From Gilvimarinus xylanilyticus (GTDB lineage Bacteria > Pseudomonadota > Gammaproteobacteria > Pseudomonadales > Cellvibrionaceae), in contig NZ_JAMFTH010000003.1 of the NCBI RefSeq assembly GCF_024195295.1, positions 326,783 to 350,782 on the forward strand: a stretch of 24,000 bases of DNA. Direction: 5' to 3'. The notes under the pieces are model-generated. The model was not told the DNA's origin. It made no database searches and saw only the letters and a program-made list of their open reading frames with translations. Position 1 is the first letter of the stretch; each line of letters begins with the position of its first letter. Made by a program: the position numbers and the translations under genes. This document shows, piece by piece, positions 9,872 to 18,335 of this stretch.

Positions 9872-12448
9872 ATGCAGCGGATCGCACGCCCTCTTCCCTT
9901 TGTTTTTTCTGCCCTTTTTTTACCTTTTTGCAGCGCGGCCACCCTGGCGCAGTCGGTAGCGGATGAGCCCCGCGTGGAAGAGGTTTTAATACTCGGCTCG
10001 CGCGCGCCGGGACGCACGGCAGGAGACTTACCCGTACCGGTGGATGTGCTAAACCCCGAAACACTCGCCAGTACCGGGCAGACCGAGTTGGGGCGTATGC
10101 TGCAGGCGGTGGCGCCGTCGTTTAATTTTTCCAGCTCGTCGGTCAGCGACGGCACCGATGCCCTGCGCCCGGCCACCTTGCGCGGCCTGGGGCCGGATCA
10201 GACACTGGTGCTGATTAACGGCAAGCGCCGCCACCAGGCATCGCTGGTGCATATTAATACCTCGGTGGGGCGCGGCACGGCGGGCACGGATATGAACGCC
10301 ATCCCTGCGGCCGCCATTGGCCGGGTGGAAATTCTGCGCGACGGCGCGGCGGCGCAATACGGCTCGGACGCCATTGCGGGGATTATTAATATTGTGCTCA
10401 AAGACGCAAGCGCGGGCGGGCAGGTATCCGGCTCTTACGGGCAAACGGCGGAGGGCGATGGCGAAACCCTGAACCTGGACGCCAATCACGGCTTTGCCCT
10501 GGGCGATGACGGTTTTATTAACCTGACCGCCAACTTGCGCGATCGTGGCTATACCAACCGCGCCGATCCGCAGGGGTTATGTTTGTACGGCGGCTGTGTG
10601 GACAGCGACGGCAACGGGTACCTGGAACCCAGCGCCGAATTTACCGAGCGCGAAATCAATGGTCCCGCGCGTGACGGCTTTCGCATTGGCGATGCGGACT
10701 CGACCCAGTACGCGTTTGCGTTAAATGCCGGGTTAGATTTAGGCCCCGGCGAGCTGTATGGCTTTGCCACCTACTCCAGCCGCGAGAATGCATCCGGTGC
10801 GTTTTACCGCAACCCCACGGGCACGAACGGCGTGGACGGGGCATTGTTAAGCGACGGTTTAAACCCGGTGGATGCCGATGGTTTTTTGCCGATTATTGCC
10901 TCCCAGATTGACGATGTATCGGCCAGTGTCGGTTACGCGCTGGACTTAACCGCGCGCACGAACCTGGATATCGCCTACACCTACGGCGAAAACACCATTG
11001 ATTACACCACTGAAAACAGCGGCAACTATTCCTACGCCAACTATTTGCGCTATCAAAACGGCTTAAGTGATAGCGAGGTGCGCGAACAAATGCCCCGCGC
11101 CGCCAAGGCCTATGGCTTGGCGCTGGATTTACAAACACTCAACCTTAACCTGACCCACACCGCGGGCGACTTAAACCTGGCTCTGGGTGCCGAGTGGCGC
11201 CGCGACGGCTACGCTATTATGGCGGGCGAGCGCTACGCCTGGGATGACTATGACACCGACCCCGACACCGGCGAGGCCCTGTACCCGCAAGATGCCGGCG
11301 GCGCAATTCAGGGCTTTAACGGTATTGCCCCGGCCTCGGCCGTGGATGAAAGCCGCCAGGTCATGTCAGTGTTTGTCGATGGCGAATACCAACTGACCGA
11401 CAACTGGCTGGTCAGCGCCGCCGTGCGCTGGGATGATTACGACGGCTTTGGCGATACCCTCAACTACAAGCTGGCCAGCAACTTCCACCTGACCGAACAA
11501 TTGAGCCTGCGCGGCGCTTTTAGTACCGGCTTTCGCGCCCCGTCCATGCAACAGCTGTATTTTAATAACATCAGCACACAAATTCGTGACAACGGCGCCG
11601 TGACCGTAGGCACCTTTCGCAATGACAGTAATGTAGTGCGCGCCCTGGGTGTGCCCGAGCTGAGCGAAGAACAATCGGAAAACATCAGCCTGGGGCTGGT
11701 AGCCCGACTGAGCAGTCAATTGAGCGTTACCGTGGATGTGTACGCTATTGATATTGAAGATCGCATTGCCATCAGCAACCAGTTAACCGCTGAGGATGAT
11801 CCCGGCGACGGTCTGCTGCAAGCGGCGTTAAACGAGGCCAATGTAGCCGCCGCGCAATTCTTTTTAAACGGCGCCGATACCGAAACCCGGGGCGTTGATG
11901 TGGTGGCCACTTACAATGGGTTGAATGTTCTGGGCGGTAACCTGGATATTACCTTCGCCGGCAACTACACCGACACCGAGGTTACCAGCACCTATGTCCC
12001 CCAGGGCGGGGCCATCGCCTCGCTGGACCCGAGCGTGGTATTCAGCGAACAGGATATTTCCATTATTGAATCCTGGCAGCCGGAGGATCGACTGGCGCTT
12101 ACCGGCGATTACCGCCGGGGAGATTTTTCGGCCACCCTCAGCTTTAACCGCTACGGCGAGTACACGGTGGTGGACAGCAGCGCGCAAACCTACAGCGCCG
12201 AACTGCTGACCGACCTGCGTCTGGGTTACGACCTTACCGAATCACTGGAGCTGTACTTTACGGGCCACAATATTTTTGATGTCACCCCGGATGAAGTCAC
12301 CAACACCAGCTCGCGCGGCGGGCTGTTCGAGTCCGCCCCCGGCGCGGAGGATATGGCCAGCGACACCGTATTCCGCTACTCGCGCCGCAGCGCGCCTTTT
12401 GGTTTTAACGGCGCGCTTTACTCGGTGGGAATTAGCGTTCGGTTTTAA
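9872..12448 (+). CDS. TonB-dependent outer-membrane receptor, substrate unknown
   Basis: Start moved from 9641 to ATG 9872 (GGAG at 9861-9864). Signal peptide ...FCSAATLA/QS, plug-domain motifs (EEVLILGSR, ...LRGLGPDQTLVLINGKR), a long beta-barrel region, and a C-terminal aromatic residue (...GISVRF). Confidence 0.9.
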   Translation: MQRIARPLPFVFSALFLPFCSAATLAQSVADEPRVEEVLILGSRAPGRTAGDLPVPVDVLNPETLASTGQTELGRMLQAVAPSFNFSSSSVSDGTDALRPATLRGLGPDQTLVLINGKRRHQASLVHINTSVGRGTAGTDMNAIPAAAIGRVEILRDGAAAQYGSDAIAGIINIVLKDASAGGQVSGSYGQTAEGDGETLNLDANHGFALGDDGFINLTANLRDRGYTNRADPQGLCLYGGCVDSDGNGYLEPSAEFTEREINGPARDGFRIGDADSTQYAFALNAGLDLGPGELYGFATYSSRENASGAFYRNPTGTNGVDGALLSDGLNPVDADGFLPIIASQIDDVSASVGYALDLTARTNLDIAYTYGENTIDYTTENSGNYSYANYLRYQNGLSDSEVREQMPRAAKAYGLALDLQTLNLNLTHTAGDLNLALGAEWRRDGYAIMAGERYAWDDYDTDPDTGEALYPQDAGGAIQGFNGIAPASAVDESRQVMSVFVDGEYQLTDNWLVSAAVRWDDYDGFGDTLNYKLASNFHLTEQLSLRGAFSTGFRAPSMQQLYFNNISTQIRDNGAVTVGTFRNDSNVVRALGVPELSEEQSENISLGLVARLSSQLSVTVDVYAIDIEDRIAISNQLTAEDDPGDGLLQAALNEANVAAAQFFLNGADTETRGVDVVATYNGLNVLGGNLDITFAGNYTDTEVTSTYVPQGGAIASLDPSVVFSEQDISIIESWQPEDRLALTGDYRRGDFSATLSFNRYGEYTVVDSSAQTYSAELLTDLRLGYDLTESLELYFTGHNIFDVTPDEVTNTSSRGGLFESAPGAEDMASDTVFRYSRRSAPFGFNGALYSVGISVRF

Positions 12449-12584
12449 TGCTATTTTGATTACGAATAGCCTAGCTAATCAGTATATTTAACCTTGTAGG
12501 TTATATTTCGATCCACATAATTTTCCAGAACCCATGATGGCAAAAGCAAGGATATTTTTAGCTGTGCCATCATAGGATCGCTTA

Positions 12585-13103
12585 TTAGTTCGGCTCCCTA
12601 ACTGTAAATACGTAATTGTAGGTTCCCTTGTTCCCTCGCTCCAACGACGCAAATGAAAAAGTTAAAAGCCACGCTTCTTCCGGGTATTCGGAATGGGGAG
12701 TAGATGTCCAGTAAGTTTGGCCTTGAAAATTCAGAAAAACCGATTGATTAATTGCCGGATCCCAGCATGAAGTTTCCACGATTGAGTACAGTTCTTTCGC
12801 GTTAGGCAAACGCCAATCCGTGTAACCTGCATAATCCAACGACTCCGCAGCAACAAGAGCCTGACCCCAAGGAATATAATCTCCCCTCCCAATGCAACTT
12901 CCTTCTGAAAAATTTTGGCCCATAGCGCAACGAGACCACATAAGCCCACTCGGGTTGTGGGTCGCTGTTCCATCGCCGTGAAATGTAAAATCGCTGCTAG
13001 GTGTACTTTTCACCATGCTGGCATTACATGTTTCTTGCGCTACGGCGTCTATCGCGACGACACTAAATAAAAATGATAGTACTGATTTCAATAATTTATC
13101 CAC
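12585..13103 (-). CDS. secreted DUF1566 (Lcl C-terminal domain) protein
   Basis: Signal peptide MDKLLKSVLSFLFSVVAIDAVA/QE. Hallmark DUF1566 motifs GLMWSRC, DWRLPNAKELYSIV and YWTS. GGGGAAG SD. Lies 57 nt downstream of the 977-aa gene on the same strand. Confidence 0.75.
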   Translation of the reverse strand: MDKLLKSVLSFLFSVVAIDAVAQETCNASMVKSTPSSDFTFHGDGTATHNPSGLMWSRCAMGQNFSEGSCIGRGDYIPWGQALVAAESLDYAGYTDWRLPNAKELYSIVETSCWDPAINQSVFLNFQGQTYWTSTPHSEYPEEAWLLTFSFASLERGNKGTYNYVFTVREPN

Positions 13104-13160
13104 ATTACTTCCCCTATTTCGTCATTGACACTAAGTTTTTTCCTGCTTCCTTAGTTTCTA

Positions 13161-16094
13161 TTAGTTTGCCGATCGCACAGCCCGAACGCTCAAAGCATAT
13201 CCATGATCTTTGTCAAATCTATCAATTAACGGAAATATTTGTTCATAGTAAACACTCCACGCTTGCGCCGGATCGTTTACATTAGTTACTGAGGACCAGT
13301 AACGCACAGAACTTGGCGGCAGGTATGGAAAATATTCGCTAGAGAATCGACTCTCATCATCGAAATTAATGATGCCCACTAGCTCCTGGAGAGTAGGAAG
13401 CCTCCAATCAGTTGCGCCACAAACGCCCTGGTAATTAAGTTCATCAATATAACTTTTAGTGTCACAACCACTACCTATACATGAACCACCATCTTCAACT
13501 CCAGGATTCCCTCCATTTTCACTATTATTCGGGTTATACCAAGTGTAAGTATGGTTTCTATATTGAAGATCAGAATAATTATCTGATTTCACCTCCCACA
13601 CCAAACCAGTCACATTGTCTTTGACGCAGGACCATTCGGTGGCGGAATCAGGCAGCGGCTTTCCGTTGGCATCTATTTTGGCTAGATCCAACTGATTAGA
13701 ACCATAATCACCATCTTGACCCGGCAAGCCATCCACTGGGCAAGCCAGCTGATTGGCTGTCTCACTTGCACACCAATCAATACCTGTATCGCTAATCTTT
13801 CCGGTAGGCTGGCCTGGGGGCAAACTAGCCAACCCACGCTGTTCAGCGCTAGGGTATCCCTGGGTCATATTGTCAAATGAATAGGCAGTTACAATAAAGT
13901 AACGCGCCTCACCATTAGGAATTTCCGTCATAGTCCATGAATTAAGGTCACTGTAATCAGCCCAGCCATCCTCTAAATAAAAAGCATTAGAAGGTGTTAA
14001 TCCCGATTCACTGGAGTGGTATACATAATACCCCATAGCGCCTTCTACTGGGTCCCAACTAACTGTTATTTCTTCGTCTCCTCCTGCTACCGTTAGATTT
14101 TCAGGCGCATCAAGAGGACTTTCACCATAGGTTACATTGACCTCACAGTCTTCTGTTACATTGTCGATGACGTATTCATGATAATTTAAGCTACCACCGC
14201 AACCAGTCACCGACTCCACCTGAAATCCCGCATCAAACGCAATATTAAAGGCCACAGAGTCACCCGCCTCTACTATCGCTTCAGCGGGAGAAACCCATCC
14301 ACCTGTGTTAAGAGAAACACTCACCGTGTAAGTTTGCAGACCTTGGCTCGACGAAGAACCCTGAGATCCGCCAGCACCTGAAGAGACCGAACTATTACTG
14401 CCTGTTCCACCTTCACTAGAGCTCACAGAAGAGGAAGATCCCTGAGAACTTGATGAGCTAGATACATTTCCTAAATTCGGCAGGAGAGAACTAGAAACAA
14501 TACGCTTACTATTCGTTAGACTTCCCTCTATGTATCGCTCCTCTAACAGCAAAATACCATTATCAACGCCTATCCACTCTGCATCCACAGAACCCTCGCT
14601 GCCTTCGTCTGGTAATTCAAACTTACAGGCTTCTAACGAATGATCACCCACTTGCAAGGTCTCTATACCTTTAAACGTGCGGATGATTGTTCCCTCTCCA
14701 GCGTCACCGTCAACTGATCCTCCTTCGTACGAGTATTGATAGGTGTTGCTATAACTCTCACCCTTATCGAGGTCAAATTTCATTGTTGGGATTTCTGGGT
14801 TGTAAGATGCGGAAAACTCGTTCCCTGTCGCCGATAAATCTATGGTGCCGTCTTCTAGCTGCCACCCTGCTAGCGAACTAGTGTCGTAGCCGTAAGTAAG
14901 CAGCATTAAATTTTCTTCGTCCACACCATAATAATAGGTCTCGGGGTATTCAAAAATAGTTGCCACCACTGGAACCCCGTTTACCTGAAACTCGTTAGGC
15001 TCCTCCAACTGCCGAATTGTGGTCATTTCTTTTCGTGCCGTGGCCGATTTTCCATTAAAGGTCGTCTCACCTAGCACCTCGGCCTCATAATGAACCGTAG
15101 ATTGTAACTCAAACAAATAATCATTCTGTTCATACGTTACGCTGTATTTTGCGCCTGGCTTGTATAAGTCCGAGTTAAAACAAACATTTGCGTTCTCTAC
15201 TAACGGCTCTGCTGCTGGAATAGCCGATACGCTTCCATCAGCCAACAACTGAGTAAGATCACTTTGAGTTTCTATAGCCGGGGTAGCAGCAATAGCCGCG
15301 GCAATATCATCCAGCACCAAATCCCACTCATCGCCAATAACGAAAGGCGTGGACAACGGCGAGCCAGAAGCCGCGGGGATGTCGTAACCATTATTTTCCA
15401 AATGCTGTAGAATTTCTTCGGTTGCTGAAGCCAGGTTTACTGTGGCCTCCTGCCATTCATCGCTCGCAAACCACTGCTCTGGCAACGTTGAACTAGCTGC
15501 TGCAATAATCATATCTGTTAGCGGTGTAATATTGGCTGTTTCTCCGGGTTCGAAGATAATCCCATGCAAAGTAACATCGGGGTTTCCACCGCTAACCTGA
15601 ATTGCACAGGGCAGAGCATCAACGTCTACATACCCGGTGTAGGTACCAATCTCGCTGGTAATAACCAGAGGATCGGCGCCGTCTTCTGCGATAAAACCCG
15701 ATCCGTCAGCGCAACGAGCTTCAACTTGTGCCTCGGTAATAGCAGCCCCTACTGCCGCAGTACCCGAAACTTTTGTTAAAGTCAGCTCGGTCTCCGGCTC
15801 TGGCTCCGGCTCCGGTTCAGGTTCTGGCTCCGGCTCGGGTTCTGGCTCCGGTTCAGGTTCTGGCTCCGGCTCGGGTTCTGGCTCCGGCTCGGGCTCCGGC
15901 TCGGGTTCTGGCTCCGGTTCGGGTTCTGGCTCCGGTTCGAGTTCTGGCTCCGGTTCGGGTTCTGGCTCAGGAATAGGATCGGGGTTTTCTACAACTGGAG
16001 GCTCCGGATCGGGGTTTCCACCACCACTTCCGCCGCCACAGGCAGATAGCGCCAACATCATGGCGATTACGCTGCAATAAGCATTGCTTTTCAT
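13161..16094 (-). CDS. large multidomain lipoprotein: (PE)n spacer, unknown ~440-aa region, polyserine linker, InlB-B-repeat-like and FN3 domains, C-terminal DUF1566/Lcl_C
   Basis: AGGAG SD 5 nt before ATG 16094. Lipobox LALSA-C19 followed by GGGSGGG. A 60-residue PE tract and a Ser-rich linker ([19 protein letters not shown]...). A block [27 protein letters not shown], an FN3-like block [23 protein letters not shown], and a C-terminal region with TDTG-like DTGIDWC...[36 protein letters not shown] and VRAVRS. Confidence 0.85.
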   Translation of the reverse strand: MKSNAYCSVIAMMLALSACGGGSGGGNPDPEPPVVENPDPIPEPEPEPEPELEPEPEPEPEPEPEPEPEPEPEPEPEPEPEPEPEPEPEPEPEPEPEPEPETELTLTKVSGTAAVGAAITEAQVEARCADGSGFIAEDGADPLVITSEIGTYTGYVDVDALPCAIQVSGGNPDVTLHGIIFEPGETANITPLTDMIIAAASSTLPEQWFASDEWQEATVNLASATEEILQHLENNGYDIPAASGSPLSTPFVIGDEWDLVLDDIAAAIAATPAIETQSDLTQLLADGSVSAIPAAEPLVENANVCFNSDLYKPGAKYSVTYEQNDYLFELQSTVHYEAEVLGETTFNGKSATARKEMTTIRQLEEPNEFQVNGVPVVATIFEYPETYYYGVDEENLMLLTYGYDTSSLAGWQLEDGTIDLSATGNEFSASYNPEIPTMKFDLDKGESYSNTYQYSYEGGSVDGDAGEGTIIRTFKGIETLQVGDHSLEACKFELPDEGSEGSVDAEWIGVDNGILLLEERYIEGSLTNSKRIVSSSLLPNLGNVSSSSSSQGSSSSVSSSEGGTGSNSSVSSGAGGSQGSSSSQGLQTYTVSVSLNTGGWVSPAEAIVEAGDSVAFNIAFDAGFQVESVTGCGGSLNYHEYVIDNVTEDCEVNVTYGESPLDAPENLTVAGGDEEITVSWDPVEGAMGYYVYHSSESGLTPSNAFYLEDGWADYSDLNSWTMTEIPNGEARYFIVTAYSFDNMTQGYPSAEQRGLASLPPGQPTGKISDTGIDWCASETANQLACPVDGLPGQDGDYGSNQLDLAKIDANGKPLPDSATEWSCVKDNVTGLVWEVKSDNYSDLQYRNHTYTWYNPNNSENGGNPGVEDGGSCIGSGCDTKSYIDELNYQGVCGATDWRLPTLQELVGIINFDDESRFSSEYFPYLPPSSVRYWSSVTNVNDPAQAWSVYYEQIFPLIDRFDKDHGYALSVRAVRSAN
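15792..15971 (-). repeat. in-frame hexanucleotide tandem repeat encoding about 30 Pro-Glu dipeptides
   Basis: 180 nt of GGYTCN-type 6-nt periodic repeat (ggctccggttcgggttctggctcc...). It translates on the minus strand to PEPEPE... with a single Leu interruption. Confidence 0.95.
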
Positions 16095-16151
16095 ATCTAC
16101 TCCTAAACACTGGTTTTATTAGGCTTAGAAGTGCTGGTAGGGGGTAGCGCT

Positions 16152-16166
16152 CTGACAGACTGTCAG
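16152..16166. promoter_or_regulatory. 15-nt palindrome CTGACAG-A-CTGTCAG, 58-72 nt upstream of the lipoprotein ATG (possible LuxR-type operator)
   Basis: Perfect 7+1+7 palindrome read directly from the sequence. It shares the CTG..CAG half-site content with the 16270-16285 palindrome. Confidence 0.4.
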
Positions 16167-16269
16167 TATTTCCTGCGCAAGCCGAGTGGCCAACACTCCT
16201 GTGTCGTTTGTGATAGGCATCACACAATGAACGTGGCTTGATTTTATTAGAGTTATGCGCCATTGGGCA

Positions 16270-16285
16270 CTGTCAGATCTGACAG
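16270..16285. promoter_or_regulatory. perfect 16-bp palindrome CTGTCAGATCTGACAG (lux/las-box-like, CT-N12-AG)
   Basis: Perfect dyad lying 14 nt beyond the luxR-type stop codon and 176-191 nt upstream of the lipoprotein ATG. It fits the CT-N12-AG form of lux/las/tra boxes. Confidence 0.45.
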
Positions 16286-16298
16286 GTTGGGCAAAAAC

Positions 16299-17003
16299 CT
16301 AAAGAGAAGTGATTATTTTTTGAGCAACCGCATTGGTCAGCGCCTGCTGGCGGGTTTTGGCGCCCAGCTTTTTCATGGCATTAGTGATATGGAAGTTGAC
16401 CGTTCGCTCGCTGACGTTAATCAGCTCACCGATCCGCCAGCTGGTTTTTCCCTGAGCAACCCACTTTAAACATTCGCGCTCGCGTTGAGTTAGCGCTACC
16501 GCACATTGGGACGGCAGCTGGCGGATGTGTATATGGAAAGCGGTGGCCAAGGCGTAAAGCTCGGTCTTTTCACTTGCGAACACGCGGGGTAGCTCTCGCA
16601 TATCGGCAAAGCCACTGATGGTTAAACAGGCATAGTCACCCCCAGGCTCGTGGATGGGGATGGCAATACCGTCGCTTATACCTAAAGAGCTGGCCTCGTC
16701 GAAGATCTGTTGCTGGGTCCGGGTTAACGGGTAGGTTTTCAGTAGATCCGACCACAGATAAGGCAGTAGGTGATCAAGCTCTTTATCGGTCAGCGGGTCT
16801 ATTTTTTCGTAATCTCGGCTGACATAGTATGACACCCACTCGGCGGGATAGTTAGTAAGAAGGTTCTGCGTGCCCTGACTATGCTCTACATAGGCCCAAT
16901 AGTTAAAGCCAAGCTTATTAAGCTGCCTCTCTAGCAAGTCACATAACTGCTGGCGATTTTGCGCGCTTCTTGCGCTCGGTAAAAATGTTGCTAACACATC
17001 CAT
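16299..17003 (-). CDS. LuxR-family quorum-sensing receptor (AHL-binding domain plus HTH); no cognate luxI in the window
   Basis: Start moved to ATG 17003 (MDVLATF...). All six ligand-domain invariants occur at canonical spacing: W-x3-Y-x8-DP in EWVSYYVSRDYEKIDP, W 15 residues after that Asp (YLW), and G 28 residues after that Trp (ISDG). The HTH shows E-x3-L-x5-G in RERECLKWVAQG plus SERTVNFH. Confidence 0.9.
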   Translation of the reverse strand: MDVLATFLPSARSAQNRQQLCDLLERQLNKLGFNYWAYVEHSQGTQNLLTNYPAEWVSYYVSRDYEKIDPLTDKELDHLLPYLWSDLLKTYPLTRTQQQIFDEASSLGISDGIAIPIHEPGGDYACLTISGFADMRELPRVFASEKTELYALATAFHIHIRQLPSQCAVALTQRERECLKWVAQGKTSWRIGELINVSERTVNFHITNAMKKLGAKTRQQALTNAVAQKIITSL

Positions 17004-17138
17004 AGTGTAAGTCTTCTTATCTAAACAGCTGTATGAGCGAGGCAACCGCTCCGGGAGCCGTATTGCCTACCCCGACAAGATTGTGGCATTCAACATAAGG
17101 TATGATACGGCACAATTTACCACAAACGGAGCCTGTAT

Positions 17139-18314
17139 TTGAGCTTTGTAAAACGCATATTCAGCCTGTTGGCGCGGCTGGCTGCCCGCTATCCGGGCTT
17201 GCTGGCTTTGGTGGGCTTTGTATCCGGCGTGGCCAGCTTTTTTCTGGTCGAGCGCGAGCAAGATAAGTTTGCTCAGCTGGTCTCCCTACTAATGGTAGGC
17301 GGCTGGTTTTTGCTGATGCTGGAAAACCTGCTAAAGCGTGGTGTTAGCCATTGGTTTGGGGCCGAGCTGCCCGACCCGGTGGTGCGCTTTGCCACCCAAA
17401 TGGTGCACCAGGAAAGCCTGTTTTTCGTCATCCCGTTCTTTTTTATTACCACCGCCTGGAACAGCGGGCAACTGGTGTTCACCGGCCTGCTAATGGCAAT
17501 GGCCGCCATTTCGGTCATCGACCCTATTTATTATAAGTGGTTGGCCCCCAGACGCTGGCTGTACTTTTTTTACCACGGTTTCACCCTGTTTGCGGTCTTG
17601 CTGACGGCACTGCCCATCTTGCTGCATATTCCCACCGCCGAGGCCTATCGCTGGTCGTTAGGCATTGCCACGGTATTGTCGTTTTTAAATATGGTGCGCG
17701 ATTTATCCTTTGCCTGGTGGCGGCGCGCCGCGCTGGCTTTGGGGTTGGTAGCGGCTGCCGCCGCAGTGGGGGTCTTGGCACGTCCATGGGTGCCGCCCGC
17801 CAATTTGTGGTTAACCCAGGTAGCCATTACCCCCAGTATTAATAACCGCGAAAAGGCGCCTGAAAAGAGACTAAAGGCGCTAGGCAGCGCGCAATTGGAA
17901 GACGGGCTTTACGCCTATACCGCTATTCATGCCCCGCGTGGACTGCGCGAGCGCATTTATCATGTGTGGCGCTTAAACGGTAAAACCGTGGATAAAATTC
18001 CGCTGGACATCAATGGCGGGCGCGAAGCGGGCTACCGGGCGTGGAGCCATAAACTTAACTTTCCGCCCTACCCACAGGGCAACTGGCGAATTGACGTGGT
18101 GACCGAGGCCAATCAAGTGATTGGCGTGCTGCGCTTTAGCGTAAGCGATAACCCCCAGGCGAGCGAAGAAGCCCAAGAAAAAACCCTGCCAGAAAAAGTG
18201 ATTACCTCACCCGCCGAGCTGATACGCGACCCGATTGTCGACACGCTAACAGAAGAAGGGCAGGCGCTTTTGGATAATGTGCTGAAAGAAAAACCTGCGG
18301 GCGAAACAGATTAA
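17139..18314 (+). CDS. polytopic membrane protein with C-terminal DUF2914-like beta domain
   Basis: TTG start with GGAG 8 nt upstream. About 6 hydrophobic helices in the first ~230 aa. The C-terminal region IYHVWRLNGKTVDKIPLDINGGREAGYRAWSHK...GNWRIDVVTEANQVIGVLRFSV resembles DUF2914. That family assignment is from memory. Confidence 0.6.
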   Translation: MSFVKRIFSLLARLAARYPGLLALVGFVSGVASFFLVEREQDKFAQLVSLLMVGGWFLLMLENLLKRGVSHWFGAELPDPVVRFATQMVHQESLFFVIPFFFITTAWNSGQLVFTGLLMAMAAISVIDPIYYKWLAPRRWLYFFYHGFTLFAVLLTALPILLHIPTAEAYRWSLGIATVLSFLNMVRDLSFAWWRRAALALGLVAAAAAVGVLARPWVPPANLWLTQVAITPSINNREKAPEKRLKALGSAQLEDGLYAYTAIHAPRGLRERIYHVWRLNGKTVDKIPLDINGGREAGYRAWSHKLNFPPYPQGNWRIDVVTEANQVIGVLRFSVSDNPQASEEAQEKTLPEKVITSPAELIRDPIVDTLTEEGQALLDNVLKEKPAGETD

Positions 18315-18335
18315 TAAGCGGTGCTCACAAGGCTT
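18300..18335 (+). repeat. direct repeat copy 1 (DR1)
   Basis: ggcgaaacagattaataagcggtgctcacaaggctt. It spans the last four codons and stop of the 17139-18314 gene and reaches the stop of the TTL-like gene. 29/36 identical to 19445-19480. Confidence 0.8.

Noticed and set aside
12534-12573. Hairpin atgatggca...tgccatcat as a terminator between the TBDR and the small DUF1566 gene
   Set aside because: It has a 9-bp stem but a 22-nt loop and no U-tract on either strand. It is noted only as a structure at the composition boundary.
15792-15971. Possible CRISPR array or other interspersed repeat
   Set aside because: The periodicity is 6 nt with no unique spacers, and the tract lies in frame inside a long ORF. 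It is a coding microsatellite, not a CRISPR array.
15773-15976. 67-aa + strand ORF ([18 protein letters not shown]...)
   Set aside because: It is the antisense reading of the (PE)n hexanucleotide repeat. It has no SD and is purely a repeat artefact.
17025-17032. ACAGCTGT palindrome upstream of the LuxR-type gene as an autoregulatory lux box
   Set aside because: It is only 8 bp with no extended dyad and lies within about 30 nt of the start codon. That is most likely chance.
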